Shown here in pieces: positions 38,945 through 55,640 of a DNA stretch of 64,000 nt (within the stretch, counting starts at the first letter, position 1; each line of letters starts with the position of its first letter). The stretch lies in assembly GCF_009914755.1 (NCBI RefSeq), contig NC_060934.1. One strand, 5' to 3'. A program made the translations under genes and the position numbers. The notes beneath the pieces were generated by a model, which saw only the letters and a list, made by a program, of their open reading frames with translations, made no database searches and had not been told where the DNA came from. The stretch is from the human T2T-CHM13v2.0 reference genome, Homo sapiens.

Positions 38945-39800
38945 ATCTACTTTCCTTCACAATATGTCCAACTTTTTAACAACGACAACAGCAACAAAAT
39001 CACAGCATATGAAAAAGCAAGAAAAACAGATCACCAAAAGACAAAGCAATCATCAGGATAGAAATCATATGTTAAATGTTGAAATTATCAAGTGGAGCTA
39101 ACAAAAACTGATTAATATGTCAAAGGTTCTAATGGATCAAGATTAGATAAGTAATTTCAACAAAGAGATGCAAGTCATAAGAAATAATTAAGTGGAAGTG
39201 CAGGAATTACAAACATAACAGGAAATATGAATGATGCATTCAACAAGCTAATAACACAACACAGCTATAAGAAGAATCAGTGAACTTGAATATAGAGCCA
39301 TAGTAATTACCCACAATTCAATATAAAAAGAAAGAGAAGAGTGAGAAACAAAATCAGAATGAAACAGAACATCCAAGACCTGTGAGACAATATGAAATTT
39401 TTTTACCATACAAGTTACTTGTATTCAAGTGTAAGAAAAAGAGATGAACAAGAATATCTAAGAAATAATGGCTAAGAATGCTCCAAATTGACTACAGACA
39501 TCAAAATAGAGATCCCAGAAACTCAGAAATCACCAAGATTAAAAAACACCCAAATAACAAGAATGTCTATTCACATCTTATTTATACTGAGAAAACCAAA
39601 GACAAGAGGAAAATCCTGAAGGTACTAGAGAAAAAAGACACTACCTAGAGAGGAACAGAATAAGATTTCAGTAGACTTGTTCAAAATCTTGCAGGCAAGA
39701 AGACAACAGAGAAACATGTTCAGAATCTGAAATGAAACTCTGCTTCTCCTCAATTCTACCTAAAGTGAAAATGTTTCAAAAGCAGATTGAGAAAAGGATT
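38945..39800 (+). mobile_element. Old L1M ORF1 region
   Basis: A-rich degenerate ORF1 motifs (GAAGAATCAGTGAACTTGAA, AGACCTGTGAGACAATAT, GCAAGAAGACAA). Confidence 0.7.
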
Positions 39801-39879
39801 TTGTATAAGGAAAATGTTTGAAACTCTCAAAACTCAGCAATGAGGAGTCAATCAATCTAATTCAAAATTTTATGAAAAC

Positions 39880-41105
39880 GAGATACAACTACACACCTGT
39901 TAGAATGGCAGAAACCCAAAACACTGACAATGCCAAATGCTTTGAGGATATGGAGCAATAGAAACTCTCACTCATTGCTGGTGGGAATGCAAAATGGTAC
40001 AGCCACTTTAGAAGACAGTTTGGAAATTTCTTACAAAGCTAAACATAGGACTACCACAGGATTCCACAATTGTGATCCTAGATGTTTACCCAAATAAGTT
40101 AAAAATCTGTGTTCACACGAAAGCCTGCACACAAAAGTTTATAGCACTTTCATTCATAATTTCCAAAACTTGGAAGCAATCAAGATGTATTTCAATAGAT
40201 CAATGTATAAACAAACTGTGGTACCTCCATACAGTGGAATACTATTCAGCAATAAAGAGAAATGAGCTATCAAGTGGTAAAGAAACATGGAGAAAGCTTA
40301 AATGTATATTTATAACTGAAAGAAGCCAGGTTAAAATGTTTATGAACTGTATAATATCAACTATATTGCATTCCTTAAAAAGAACAGCTATGGACACAGT
40401 AAATGGGTCAGTGGTTGCCATGGGTTTAGGGTAGGAGATGAGTAAAGGGTGGATAAATAGGTGCTGCACAGGGCATTTTTAGGTCAGTGGAATTATTCTG
40501 AAGGATGCTGAAATGACAGATACAAAATATTTTGCATTTTTTAAAACTCATGGAATTGTACAAAGAGTGAAACCTAGCCTGGCACGATGGCTTACTCCTG
40601 CAATCCCAGCACTTTGGGAGGTTGAGGTGGGCAGATCACTTGAGGTCAGGAGTTAGAGACCAGCCTGGCCAAAATGGTAAAACCCTGTCTCTACCAAAAA
40701 TACAAAAATTAGCTAGGTGTGGTAGCACGTGCTTGTACGCCCAGCTCCTCAGGAGGTTGCAGCATGAAAATTGCTTGAACCTAGGAGGCAGGGGTTGCAG
40801 TGAGTCAAGATCACACCACTGCTCCCCAACCCTGGGTGACAGAGAAAGACCCTGCCACAAAAAAAAAAAAAAAAAAAAGAAGAGGAGGAGGAGAGTGAGC
40901 CCTAATGTAAACTATGGGCTTTAGTTAATTAAAATGTATCAATATTGGTTCACCAATTGTAAAACATGCAAGCTGCACTAATGCAAAATGTTAAGAATGA
41001 CAAAATTGAGAGTGAAGGGTAGAGAAAGTACATGGGAACTCTGTACTTTCAGATAGATTTTTCTATAAACCTAAAACTGCTGTGAAAATAGTCTGTTTTG
41101 AAAAA
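39880..41105 (+). mobile_element. L1MC-like ORF2 end and 3' UTR, split by an Alu
   Basis: Peptide TWKQSRC…KLWYLHTVEYYSAIK; 3' UTR CCCTAATGTAAACTATGG…AAACCTAAAACTGCT. Confidence 0.8.
40576..40891 (+). mobile_element. Alu (AluS/J)
   Basis: Full dimer with A tail; TSD AGAGTGAAACCT / AGAGTGAGCCCT. Confidence 0.9.
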
Positions 41106-41409
41106 TGCACAAAAGACTATAAGAATAACAAGTAAAAAACATGCTCACAGATATTACCCATTAGGTAAATGTATAATAAAACATCAATAAGGTGCCAATA
41201 CACACCTATAAAAATGGCTTTAAAAAGGTACTGGCAATATCAAGTACTAACAAGAATGTGGAACAACTGGAACTCTTATACATTGCTGGTGGAAATCCAA
41301 AATGTTTCAGCCTCTCTGGAAAACAGTTTGACAGTTTTTTTTCTTTAACAGAAAAACACACGCTTAAAGTAAGGTTAGACAACCTCACTTCTAAGTGAAA
41401 ACTCTAGAG

Positions 41410-41635
41410 CAGTATTTTTAAACATGTTTTTCATCACCACAATAGTAGAAAACCTGTTTAAACATTTTTGTTAATTATCTCCCCATGAAATTTTAATACT
41501 ACAGGGATTATCTGCAATTGTTTATATACTCTAGATATATCTGTGCTTTATGCATGAAAGGAATAGGATAGTTTTGAACCTTAAAACCAATTTTTGCCAC
41601 CTTGAAGATAATAATTTTCTCATTAAGAATGTGTA
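41410..41635. mobile_element. hAT-Charlie non-autonomous element (MER106-like; subfamily uncertain)
   Basis: Starts CAGTATTTTTAAAC; 8-bp TSD CTCTAGAG (41402-41409) / CTCTAGAT (41636-41643) fits the Charlie NTCTAGAN target; internal CCCCATGAAATTTTAATAC. Confidence 0.7.
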
Positions 41636-42409
41636 CTCTAGATAAACAAAAATTTATGTTCATAAAAAATCAGATTATAAGTATTTTAGCAGCTTTATTC
41701 ACAATTTCCAAAAATTTAAAAGAATACAATTGTTCTTCAATGGATTAAAAAGAAATGATACATCCATTCAGGAAAAATGCTATTTGATAAAAAGAAACAA
41801 ACTATTGATACATTCAACTTGTATTAACCTCAGAGGTATTATACTGAGTGAGCTAAGTAAGTCACAAAAGGATGCATATTATATAATTGTATTTATATGG
41901 CATTCCCAAAAAGATAGAGTTCTAATGACAGAGAATGAATCAGCAGGTATCAGGAATTAGAAGTGGGGTTAAGGGTGTGTCCACAAAGGAACAAAGTTCT
42001 GTTTGAGAGAAAAATTATTTTTTCCTTATTGTGTTGGTGAATGCATAAATTCCTACATTGAAGTATATATCAAGAAGGTCTATTGTATTGTATGGTAACT
42101 AAAAATTATAAATTGCTAAAAGGAAGAAGAAATAAAAACGATTTCACATAAGCAAACAAAGTAGACTTCAAGACAAATATTATTAGGAACAAAAGTAAAC
42201 ATGAATCAATGATAAAAGACTTAAATTCTCTAAGAAGATGTATTAATACTAAAAGTATATGCCCCTAACCAAGGTTCCAACTACATAAGGAAAAACTGGT
42301 GGAACTGAAATGAGAAATAAATACATCTGTGATTAGAGTTGGAGGTTTCAACACTTTTCTCTCAATTGATAATACAAGAAGGCAGAAGTCAGTAGTTCTT
42401 AACCCAAGA

Positions 42410-44700
<2,291 letters not shown>

Positions 44701-45833
44701 ATAATACACTCTAATAATATTTTATCCTGGAAATGAAGATCCCTTGGATTAATGGCTTGTTTCATCATCACATTTTGAATTATCATCAAACTTTAGCTAA
44801 TACTAGTGGTGTCGATGCCTTAAAAGTATAGAAATTCTCTCCTCACCTTGAGTTCCTCTTCAGTGACAACCAAGTTATGGTAGTTTTAATTTGCTATACC
44901 TTTTCCCCCTGCTGAATATAGTTTGGTTCCTGTAAATGTGAATCATAAGTCTCATCGATTTAAAAATAAAAAGTCAGTCTTGGAATCATTTGTTACATTT
45001 TTTATGCCATTTTCCTGTCTCAGAAAACAGAGAAACTTGTTTTCTCTTAAATCTTCTAATAGCCATTCTCTATGTAATCCATCACACACGTGTGACACAT
45101 GAGAAACAAGTCTCACTAAAACAATTTTGTTTTATAGTACTGCAAGGCACTACGTGATTTATGGTTTAAATAGTGCATATATATATATACACACATACTG
45201 TATTGTATATTTTATTATTTGTGTGTATGCTTTTTGTTTTACTTGTGATTTATCCTACAATTAACATTTCCTAATACATGTAGACAAATTCAGTGGTCTT
45301 TCTATGAACCTTTTCTGGGTCTAGCAGGATCCCAAACCCCATAATTCATGGTAATATAAATAAGCTCTTCCCAAAATCTGTAGCAAGAAACATTGTTCTT
45401 TCATGAAGCTACCAGATCAAAGGAGTCCATACTTAGTATAAAAAATGCTTCATCCTCTACTTCTTTCTTGGAGATTTCAAAGCATATTAAAGTCTCTGAA
45501 AATACCAGGAGAAGAGACAATTCTTTACAGAGATGTCCAAATTGTTTTCTCATGTAATTCCTATTAATTGTGGAAGTCGCTTTATAAATATTTTAGGCTG
45601 ACATACAGCACTTGGTAACCAGTCCAAGTATGAGAGGAGATTTCTTTGTCTGCAGCTGCACAGACTAACAGATTAGACAGACAAATTACAATATAAGGAA
45701 GGAATGAAGGAAAGAAGAAAAGTAGGGAAGAAAGAAAGAAAACAGTCAATAATTGGATACATCCCATCAGTATCCTATCAAATGGGGAGTGAGAGAGAAT
45801 AGTGAAAGGGAGAACACACAAAAGAGTAAAGTC

Positions 45834-46156
<323 letters not shown>

Positions 46157-47102
46157 GTAAAAGCAATATTAAATATTCATATATTATATGGTGCTTCTCA
46201 TATAAACTTTCTTTTCTGTATTTCAATAGGACCGCATGGTTATTATTATAGTGCTTATCACCATTACTCATCAATCTTTATTTACCAACATTTATTTTTC
46301 TGCATGTAAGCTTCAAGTAGTAATAGCAATATCATATTTATAATTATATCATGGATGACAAGTATTTGCCTAGCACAGAATCGGCAGTCAACAAATAATG
46401 TTTAAATCAATGACATTTATAAAAGCACTTAATTGAGTTAAATTTAATAGCAAAGATGCATAAAGAGGTAACTCTACAGACTCAAAATTTTAATAGTAAT
46501 TAAATAATAGTAATATAATGTACTGGAAGTTTCTTTAAAAGAAAGTGAAAACTATGAATTAAAAAAATAATGATGGTAAATAGTGCAAAATAAATTATAA
46601 AACTACAATACTCTGTATTTTGAAAAGTAAATATTCAACAAAGTAAATCTGAAAAAGAATGAAATAACTGCAAATAAAGTGAGAAAGAAGGAAATGCAAT
46701 AGTAATTTTAGAAGAAATGTTTAATTTATAATACAACAGATGGCATATATTAATCTGAAATTTTTATATGTCAGATAATTTTTATAAAATATTAAAATTC
46801 AAGTTACCAAAATTATTACAAAATGAAGTAGAAAAATCAGTAGCTAGAAAACAAGAGAAGTAGTTTACAAATTTGTTAAAGAATGACCCAAGTTCGCTCA
46901 AGACTTGTGGATCATAAAGACTAGTTCTTAGAAATATTCAGCAGTGGAAAATTTTCACACAACAGATAATCTAAAACCCAGATCAAATAAACAAACCAAT
47001 TTAATTTGTAAGAAAAATATGACTCCAATATCAAAATATGCCAGAAAAATGCAAAGAGAAAATTATACATCAATGAATTTGATTTGGAAACCCTCAATTT
47101 TT

Positions 47103-47431
47103 TCTCATTTCTTTTTCTTTCTTTTCTTTTTTTTTTTTTTCTGAAGCAGCATTTCACTGTGTCACTCAGGCTGGAGTGCAGTGGCCTGATTGTAGCTGTA
47201 GCTCACTGCACCCTGGATCTCCTAGGCTCGAGTGATGCTCCCACCTCAGCCTCCCTAGAACCTGGGACTAGAAGTACACACCACCATGCCCAGTTAGTTT
47301 GTTAATTTTGTTGTAGAGATGTAGTCTCTCTGTGCTGCCCAGGCTCATCTCAAACTCCTAGGCTCAAGTATCCCTTCCAACTCGGCCTCCCAAAGTGCTA
47401 GGATGGCAGGTGTGACCCACCATGCCATGGC
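47103..47431 (-). mobile_element. AluJ
   Basis: GCTCACTGCA…CTCCTAGGCTCGAGTGATGCTCCCACCTCAGC is J-type; heavy CpG decay. Confidence 0.85.
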
Positions 47432-49311
47432 TTACTAAAACATTTCTACCTTGACCAAACAAGGTTGATTTTTTAAACAACAAAAGAGGAAATTTTTTTA
47501 TAATAAAACACCAAATCAATCGGTCAAGTCAAAAAAAAAAAGCAAAATGAAATTCATCTCAATAGAAATCAAAAAGCCTTGTTAAATTACAAAACTCTTT
47601 CTAATAGGGGATGATATCTTCTTAGAATCAATGTTCAAAATGATACTTAGCAGCAAAACAAGGGTCTTCTTGTAAACATAAGGAATCAATTAAGGATGAT
47701 TACTGTCATTGTTGCTACCTAATGTTCTTATGAACAATGAAGTTCCTTACGTAATAATAACAAAATAACGATATTATCAGGAATTATTTATTGACTGTCG
47801 ACTGTTTTCTAATTTTACTTCTTAGACTATTATGTTACTAAAATCCCATGTCTTTATGCCATTATAGATGAGAAATGCAACGATACAGCTTGCTCAGAGT
47901 CTGGAAATCCTGGCATCAAACATGAGCTTTGCAGAGGACTTAGTTCTACGACTTTTGGTGAAGGTAAATGAGCAAAACCAGACAATTCATAAGAGAAATA
48001 GTAACAAATAAACATTACAAGTAAGCTATGAAAAAAAGTTTATCTTTGCCAATAATCAAAAAATGTACACTAGGGCAACCAGTCTTTTTTTATTTATGAA
48101 ATTGGCAAAATATAATAAATAGGATAAACACCTGATCCCAGCAAGAATAAGGAAAATGTTTTCTCTTGTATAATGAAGGTGGCAATGAAAATGAGAACAG
48201 ACCACTTCAGGGAATAAAAATGGCAATATGTGTTTGGAAGCATAGTTTTTTAGTTCTTGACAGGATTAAATAAGTTGTCCATTATAAGAGAAAAAACTAT
48301 TATATTAAATAGCTTCTCACATATGCGGAATTCAAGTGGTGAAAGATAGGAAGCAATGTACTGTTTTCATAATGGAATGGCTGACTAAGTTACGGTTGAT
48401 CCACTAAGTTGAATGCTATATGCAACTATTATAATTATATTTTCAAAAACCATGTAGGAATATTGATATACAATAATTTTAACTGAGAAAACAGATGCAA
48501 GAAGGAATGAACACTAGGGTTATAACAAAGATATTTGCACATGAAACCTACCATGACATTGGGTATAAAACAATTACCCAATGATGCCCTTAAGCTGTAG
48601 CTTCTGGAAAGTGGTACAACGGTGGAATGCAAAAAGCATCAGTGCTTTGCACAATAGGAATCTGTTTTCCTATCAGTCTCTTCCCAGTAATGTAAAGCAC
48701 TGCTTCCATTGCCAAAGCTTCAGCAGAATGCTGATGATGCCAGAGACAATTCAGAGATGGCGCTCTCTCTTTGAAGAGAGAGATATCTGCAATTTCATCT
48801 AGCCATTATCAAGAAGAGCAGGAAGACAGCAGGTTGCAGTGCAAGCTTCAGGGAAACCAAGCATTGCAGGCATGAAAAGAAAGAAGAAAAGAGAGAAAGA
48901 GAGAAGGAAGGAAGAAAAGGAAGGAAGGAAGGAAGAAGGGAAGGAGGGATGGAAAGAGAATAAAAGAGGCTGAAGGCTGAGCAAAGATTAAGAGCTGATG
49001 AATAAAGACTTGAAGTAAAGACTAGCAGTTCAATGAAAAGTACAGCACCAACAGAGGGCCCAAAAGATCTTCTTTACATCAAAGAAAATAAATCCACATG
49101 CAACAAAATTTTGCATTAGTGACTCTAATTATGACTTAATAACAATTCCTTATTGACAATGAGGCTGGGACCTGAGAACAGAGAAAAAATTATCTTTTTA
49201 TGTCTAACTATAGATAGGTAGAAATGCATCTCTGGGGACATTTCCTAGAGTTAAAAAAAAAGGTGATGTTTTAAATGAAAGTGATTTGAATTGTCTAGAT
49301 AGGGAAGAACT

Positions 49312-49312
<1 letters not shown>

Positions 49313-49346
<34 letters not shown>
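49313..49346. repeat. (TG)n microsatellite
   Basis: Seen directly. Confidence 0.95.
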
Positions 49347-49347
<1 letters not shown>

Positions 49348-49548
49348 TTCTTTTTCAGTAGTAGAGCACAAAAGAACAAGATAGCAATTTTATGAAGAAT
49401 GAGTTTCTGCTTGCACAGGTGGGGAACTAGAGCCATGGTGTTTTATCATGAATATTCACGTGACCCCAGTTTTTAGTCAGAAGGTGATAAAATGTGGGCA
49501 TATTAATTTCAAAATTTGTAATATAAACATTCCAACATATACAGTTTT

Positions 49549-52012
49549 TGTTTCAGTTGCCTAATGCTTCGTAATTAATACCCCCAAAATATATTGTCTT
49601 AAAACAATAACATTTACTTACTCATAAATCTAAAATTTGAGTAGGGTTTGAGAAAAGCTGGCTCTCATAGGCACCCTGAAGTGACTCTACATCTGAGGAC
49701 TCTGAACATCTGAAAGTCTGTTTATTCATATAGTTGGTGAAGTAGTAGTTGGTAGTTGGGGAAGGCTGCAGCTCTTAATTTTCTCTCCACATGGCATCTC
49801 AATGTGATTTCTCCACATAGGCTAGTTTGAACTTCCACCTAGCATAGTATCTAACTTTGACCAAAGAATGAGTGTTCCAGAGAGAAAAAGAGAAACAGAA
49901 AGAGAGAGAAAGGGAGGGAAGGAGAGAGAAAGAGAGAGAGAGAAGGGAGAAAGTAGGTAGAAGTCATTGCCGTTTGTGACCTAGCCTGGGAAATAGTCAC
50001 ATTGTCATTATTAATTCTATTAAGCAAAGTGGTTATGAAAGTACCCCTGCTTCCAGTAAATGGCACATAAGCTCATCTCTTGATGAAAGAGTTTCAATGT
50101 CACACTGTAAGAAGAACGTGTGGAATCAAATAAATGTTGATGCTTCTATCTTTGGAAAATACTATCTACCACAATCCATTCTCTGACCACGATAATCCTA
50201 CCTCTTCATATAAAAAAAAAAATACTCATTTGTCTCCCCCAAAACCTTGAGTCTCATCTCAAAGATGCATCACTTCAAAATCCAGGTTCTTAGCATTCAA
50301 ATCATGCCCAGCTGCCATGAAGTCTCCTTAGGTGAAAATCCTCAAGGATAGCTCTTCAAATACAGTTTCTTTACATCTGACGACTTGCGAACTAAAAAGG
50401 CAAGTTATATGCCCCTTGCAAGCCCAGCATACAATGGTAACAGGCATTGGTTAACTGCTATGGACCTTCCTGTTCAAAGAAGAGAAAATGGGACACATTC
50501 ATTAGTTACTGCTCCATAGTACTTCTGAAATTCAGCTAGAAAATGATGCTGGTTACTGGGTAAGAACTCAGTCTAATGCCTGCAATGGTTCACTATGGTT
50601 CTCATTTCCACCCATTTACCTCTTAGCCTTACTCCGTGAGTCATCCTATTTTTCCATTCGAAATGGCTGGTATTTGTAGCTGTGCAGTTTTCTCAGAATG
50701 CTTTCTCATAGTAGTAATTTGGAGATACCAAGACCTATTTTAATTTTGTATTGTCTTTATCTGTTTGTTTAAACTGATGTAATTCTTTTTAACTTTGAGG
50801 GGTTTTTATGAATTAGTTTATAATCCATTCTAATTGACAAAGATCCAAATTTATGAATCTATTCAAGAAAATATTTTCTGTACTTGAGACTTTCTATCTA
50901 AATCAGCTGTGGGGCATGACCTTTTCAGGGCCTTTTGTTGAATAAAAAAGATCCAGAAGGCATACTATTGGTCTGACTAAATGACTCTCTGAGAAACTAC
51001 CTTAGATTTTTCTGAAGTCTTAATAATGCATCTTATAGTCTCCTCTGGATTTTATCTTTGCTCTAGAACCCTTTCTTAATTTTGGAACGAGGAAGATGGA
51101 AATGAGAAACAGTTTTATTTTCAAACCCATTAAGTACTGACTCTTTTTTATTTAACAGTTATTTCTTTAGCTTGAATCTCTCTTCTTACATTTTATTATA
51201 AGCAAGTAAAAATATAACCAGGTAACAACTTCAACACTTTGCCTGGAAGTCTTTGCAGCTAGACCCCCAGTTCATGAGACATTTTCTATTTGCCACATTA
51301 TGACACATGGCACATTTGCTAAACTCCCTGAAATCACTTAATTTCCCTCAGTTTCCAAGAACATTTTTTCACTTTTCTTTACACCATAACTGATAGATTC
51401 CAAAAGGGCCATTAGATTTCCTCTACATCCTTTCAACTACTACCTGCTACTTAGTCACAAACCTACTACCACAATTTCATGTCTTTCAATATCCAGATAC
51501 CAATATTGGTACCAATTAGCTAATGCTGCATCACAAACCAGTGCAAAACTTACAGGCTTAAAACAACAACATTTAAATGTTTCATGAATCTGCACTTTCT
51601 CCAGGGTTCAACAAAGGAAGGCTGCCGCCTTCCCTGAGTGTCTGGAGGCCTGGAGGGTGGGGCCTACTACATGCTTGTTTACTCGTATGTCTAGCATTTG
51701 ATGTTGGTTGTCAGCCAGGGCCTCGGTTTCTCTAGGTGGTCTCTTACAACATGGTGGCTTGCTTCCCTCAGAACAAGCATTCCCGGGGGAGAGAGCGTGC
51801 CAGGCAGAAACTGTGTTGCCTTTTATGACCTATCCTTGATTGGCATGCATTATCACTTCCACCAATTCTGTTGTTTGTATTCTATACTACCCAGGTTCAA
51901 TGGAAAGGAGGATAGATCAAACTTGTCAATTCAGGAGTGACAACCCCTCATTGTAAGAGGAATAGGTAGGGTGGGATATATACTGTTATGGCTATATTTG
52001 GGAAATATAACA
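49549..52012 (-). mobile_element. MaLR provirus (MLT1G/H-like): LTRs ~49549-50173 and ~51508-52012 with internal region
   Basis: Both LTRs share CTAATGCT…CTTAAAACAAYAACATTTA…AATCT at one end and TTGG(A/G)AAATA at the other. Confidence 0.7.
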
Positions 52013-52912
52013 TGGTAAGTTCTTACTATAGAGTAGAGGCTCAGTCATGCTGAATGCATCATTTTGTTTTTTAAAAAATATAATATGTTGTTATTATAAT
52101 AATTCCTAAACCTAGAGGACCCAACTACATAAAATCAAGATTTTAATTAAGTCAATATCTGTACTGAATGCTTAACCAGACCTGATTTTTTGAACTATTT
52201 GAAACCAAAAATAAAGTTTGGAGGAAGTTTTCATCAAAATTATCATAGAAAAATGCATTATCCAGGCTAACAACTGTTCCCTCTTCTCTGTTTATTACCC
52301 CCTCAAAACAATGATGAATCTCTTTCATCTCCATGTCTTTATTATATGTCTACATTATATAACTTTGCACCATCAGGCAGTTTTGGCTTGTCCAATGGAC
52401 ACCAATCTAAGATGTGCTGATCAAATTGTGAGTTAAGCCATATTTATGTCAACAATCTGGAGAGAAGTTTAATAAACCCCTGATATCAAAGTCTTTGGGT
52501 TACATAAATTCTAGTTGATTTCCAGCTTGATGTTTATTGATTCACTACTTTCTTTGATCCCATGAGACAGTCCAGTATAATTCCAGAAATTCCCATTTAT
52601 ACTTAAACTATTTAGAATTGCCTAATGTTACCTGAAACAGAATAATCTTTATATATGTAATGTGTGCCTGTGTGTACTATATATGTAATACTATAAATTA
52701 TTATATAATAGTTATACGTACATAGATTACATAGTCATGTACCATATAATGACATTTTGGTCACTGATGGACTTCCTATACAATGATGCTCCCATAAGAT
52801 TATAGTGTAGCTGAAAAATTCCTATTGCCTACTATTCACTATATTACACTTTTAGTTGTTATTTTAGTGTGCTCTTTCTTTCTACTTATATATTCTTAAA
52901 AGTTAACTATAA

Positions 52913-53252
<340 letters not shown>

Positions 53253-53396
53253 TCAGGAGGCATTTGAGAAGGCATTGTTGTAATAGAAGATGACAGCTCC
53301 ATGCTTGTTATTGCCCCTGAAGACTTTGTAGTGGAACAAGATGTGGAGGTGGAAGGCAGTGATATTGATGATCCTGATTCTGTGTAAGCCTAGGTT

Positions 53397-53806
53397 GATA
53401 GATAGACTGGATTAAGAAAATGTGGAACATATACACCATGGAATACTATGCAGCCATAAAAAACGATGAGCTCATGTCCTTTGTAGGGACATGGATGAAG
53501 CTGGAAACCATCACTCTCAGCAAACTATCGCAAGGACAAAAAACAAAACACTGCATGTTCTCACTCATAGGTGGGAATTGAACAATGAGAACACATGGAC
53601 ACAGGAAGAGGAAAATCACACACTAGGGACTGTTGTGGGGTGGGGGGAGGGGGAGGGATAGCATTACGAGATACACCTAATGCTAAATGACGAGTTAATG
53701 GGTGCAGCACACCAACACGGCACATGTATACATATGTAACAAACCTGCACGTCGTGCACATGTATGCTAAAACTTAAAGTATAATAATAATAAAATTAAA
53801 AAAAAT
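53397..53806 (+). mobile_element. L1PA4-like 3' fragment
   Basis: ORF2 end plus 3' UTR with GCTAAATGACGAGTTAATGGGTGCAGCACACCAAC (pre-L1HS GAG type). Confidence 0.9.
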
Positions 53807-54543
53807 TCTAACAAAAAAGTTTTAAAAGGTAAAAAACTAAAAAAAAAATTTAAAATAAAAAATGCTTACAGAATAAGAATATGAAAAATAAAATATATTT
53901 GTGCAACTGAACAATGTGTGTTTTAGGCTGTGTTATTATAAAAGAGTCAAAAAGTTAAAAAAATTAAAAAGTTGGTAAGATTAAAAAGTTACAGTAAACT
54001 AAGGCTAATTTATTATTGACAAAAGAATTTTTTAAACATAAATTTAGTGTGACCTAAGTTTAGGGTATTTATGAACTGCAGTTACATGCTAGGCCTTGAC
54101 ATTCACTCCACACACTTTCTGACTCATCTAGAGCAGATTTCATTTCTGCAAGGTTTATTCTTAGTAAGTGCCCTATAGAAGAGTACCATTTTAAATTTTT
54201 TATACCTTGTTTATGGTATCTTTTAGATATATTTAGATACACAAATATTTACCAATGGTTACAATTGCCTAGAGTATTCAGCACAGTAACATCCTGTACA
54301 GGATGGTGTCCTATGAGCAACAGACTATATGCCATATAGTCTAGGTATGTGGTAGGTTAAACCATCTACATGTATGTAACTATACTGTATGATGTTTGCA
54401 CAACTACAGAATCACCTAACCATTTCTCTGAATGTATTCTTGTCATTTAAGTGACATACAGTTGTGTACGTGCACATATGTACACACACACATATATCTC
54501 TATATATGGAGAGAGAAAAAACAAGTAAAAATATAAATGTATA

Positions 54544-54828
54544 GGCCGGGCATGATGGCTAATGCCTGTAATCCCAGCACTTTGGGAGGCTGAGGCAGGT
54601 GGATCACAAGGTCAGGAGCTTAAGACCAGCCTGGCCAAGATGATGAACCCCATCTCTACTAAAAATACAAAATCTAGCTGGGCGTGGTGGTGGGCACCTG
54701 TGATCCCAGCTCCTTGGGAGGCTGAGGCAGAGAATTGCTTGAACCCAGGAGGTGGAGATTGCAGTGAGCCGAGATTGTATCACTGCACTCCAGCCTGGGC
54801 GACAGAGTGAGACTTCATCTCAAAAAAA
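54544..54828 (+). mobile_element. AluSg-like, followed by a (TA)n/(TG)n/(CA)n tract to ~54930
   Basis: GGATCACAAGGTCAGGAG…CCTGGCCAAGATG. Confidence 0.88.
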
Positions 54829-54836
54829 TATATATA

Positions 54837-54874
<38 letters not shown>

Positions 54875-55622
54875 GTATGTGTGTGTGTGTATATATATAT
54901 ATACACACACATATATATACATATATATGTCAGAAAAAATACATGTGCAAGGGTCTTTATTATTGTTTGAAGGCCATGGGGTTAGCAAATTAACTTACTT
55001 CCTATCAAAGTTGACGTTCTTGCTATAACATTAGATATGAAATCAGAACTAGAAGGGCTTTAAATGCATTCATACTTCAATTGCTATTGAGTGAAGAAAG
55101 GTTGAATTGTGCATTTTTCTTGGCAACTGCATTCATCTCCAGGGAAGCTTTCTCTATCTTTTCTCAGTCATGTTTAAAATCAAGGCTGTGCCACTCCTAC
55201 TTAAATAAACACCATCATCAAAAGATGCCATATTTCCCGCTCCGATTCTTTTTCATGATCATGGGCACTTGAAAGGTCCACTGTACATGTTTGAGGTTCA
55301 TCTTTTATGGAGAATGACAACATTGCAGCAAATTTATTTTGCTTTTTAAATTGACATAATTGTGTAGTAGCAAAGAGAGCATGTATTTTGGAATTAGATC
55401 AAGGTTACAATGTGAACCAGCTTTGTAACCTTAATCAAAGTCATTAAATTTTGTAAGCTTCATATATAATCTGAAGATATCTGTCAATAAAGCAAGGTCA
55501 GTGTGTAGATTTAATGCAATAAAATGTGAAATAATCCACGGACTACCATTTACAGAATGATCACTAAAAGCTGCAAAGAAAGAACTCCCCTCCTCCTTTC
55601 TTTGCTCTCTTGCTCCATGTAT

Positions 55623-55635
55623 AAAAACATACGAA
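55623..55635 (+). repeat. Outer TSD of the L1HS, 5' copy (AAAAACATACGAA)
   Basis: Matches 61769-61781 (AAAAACATATGAA): 9 bp perfect, 12 of 13 overall; preceded by AT, giving an endonuclease-like site 5'-TTTTT/AT on the bottom strand. Confidence 0.85.
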
Positions 55636-55640
55636 AATGT

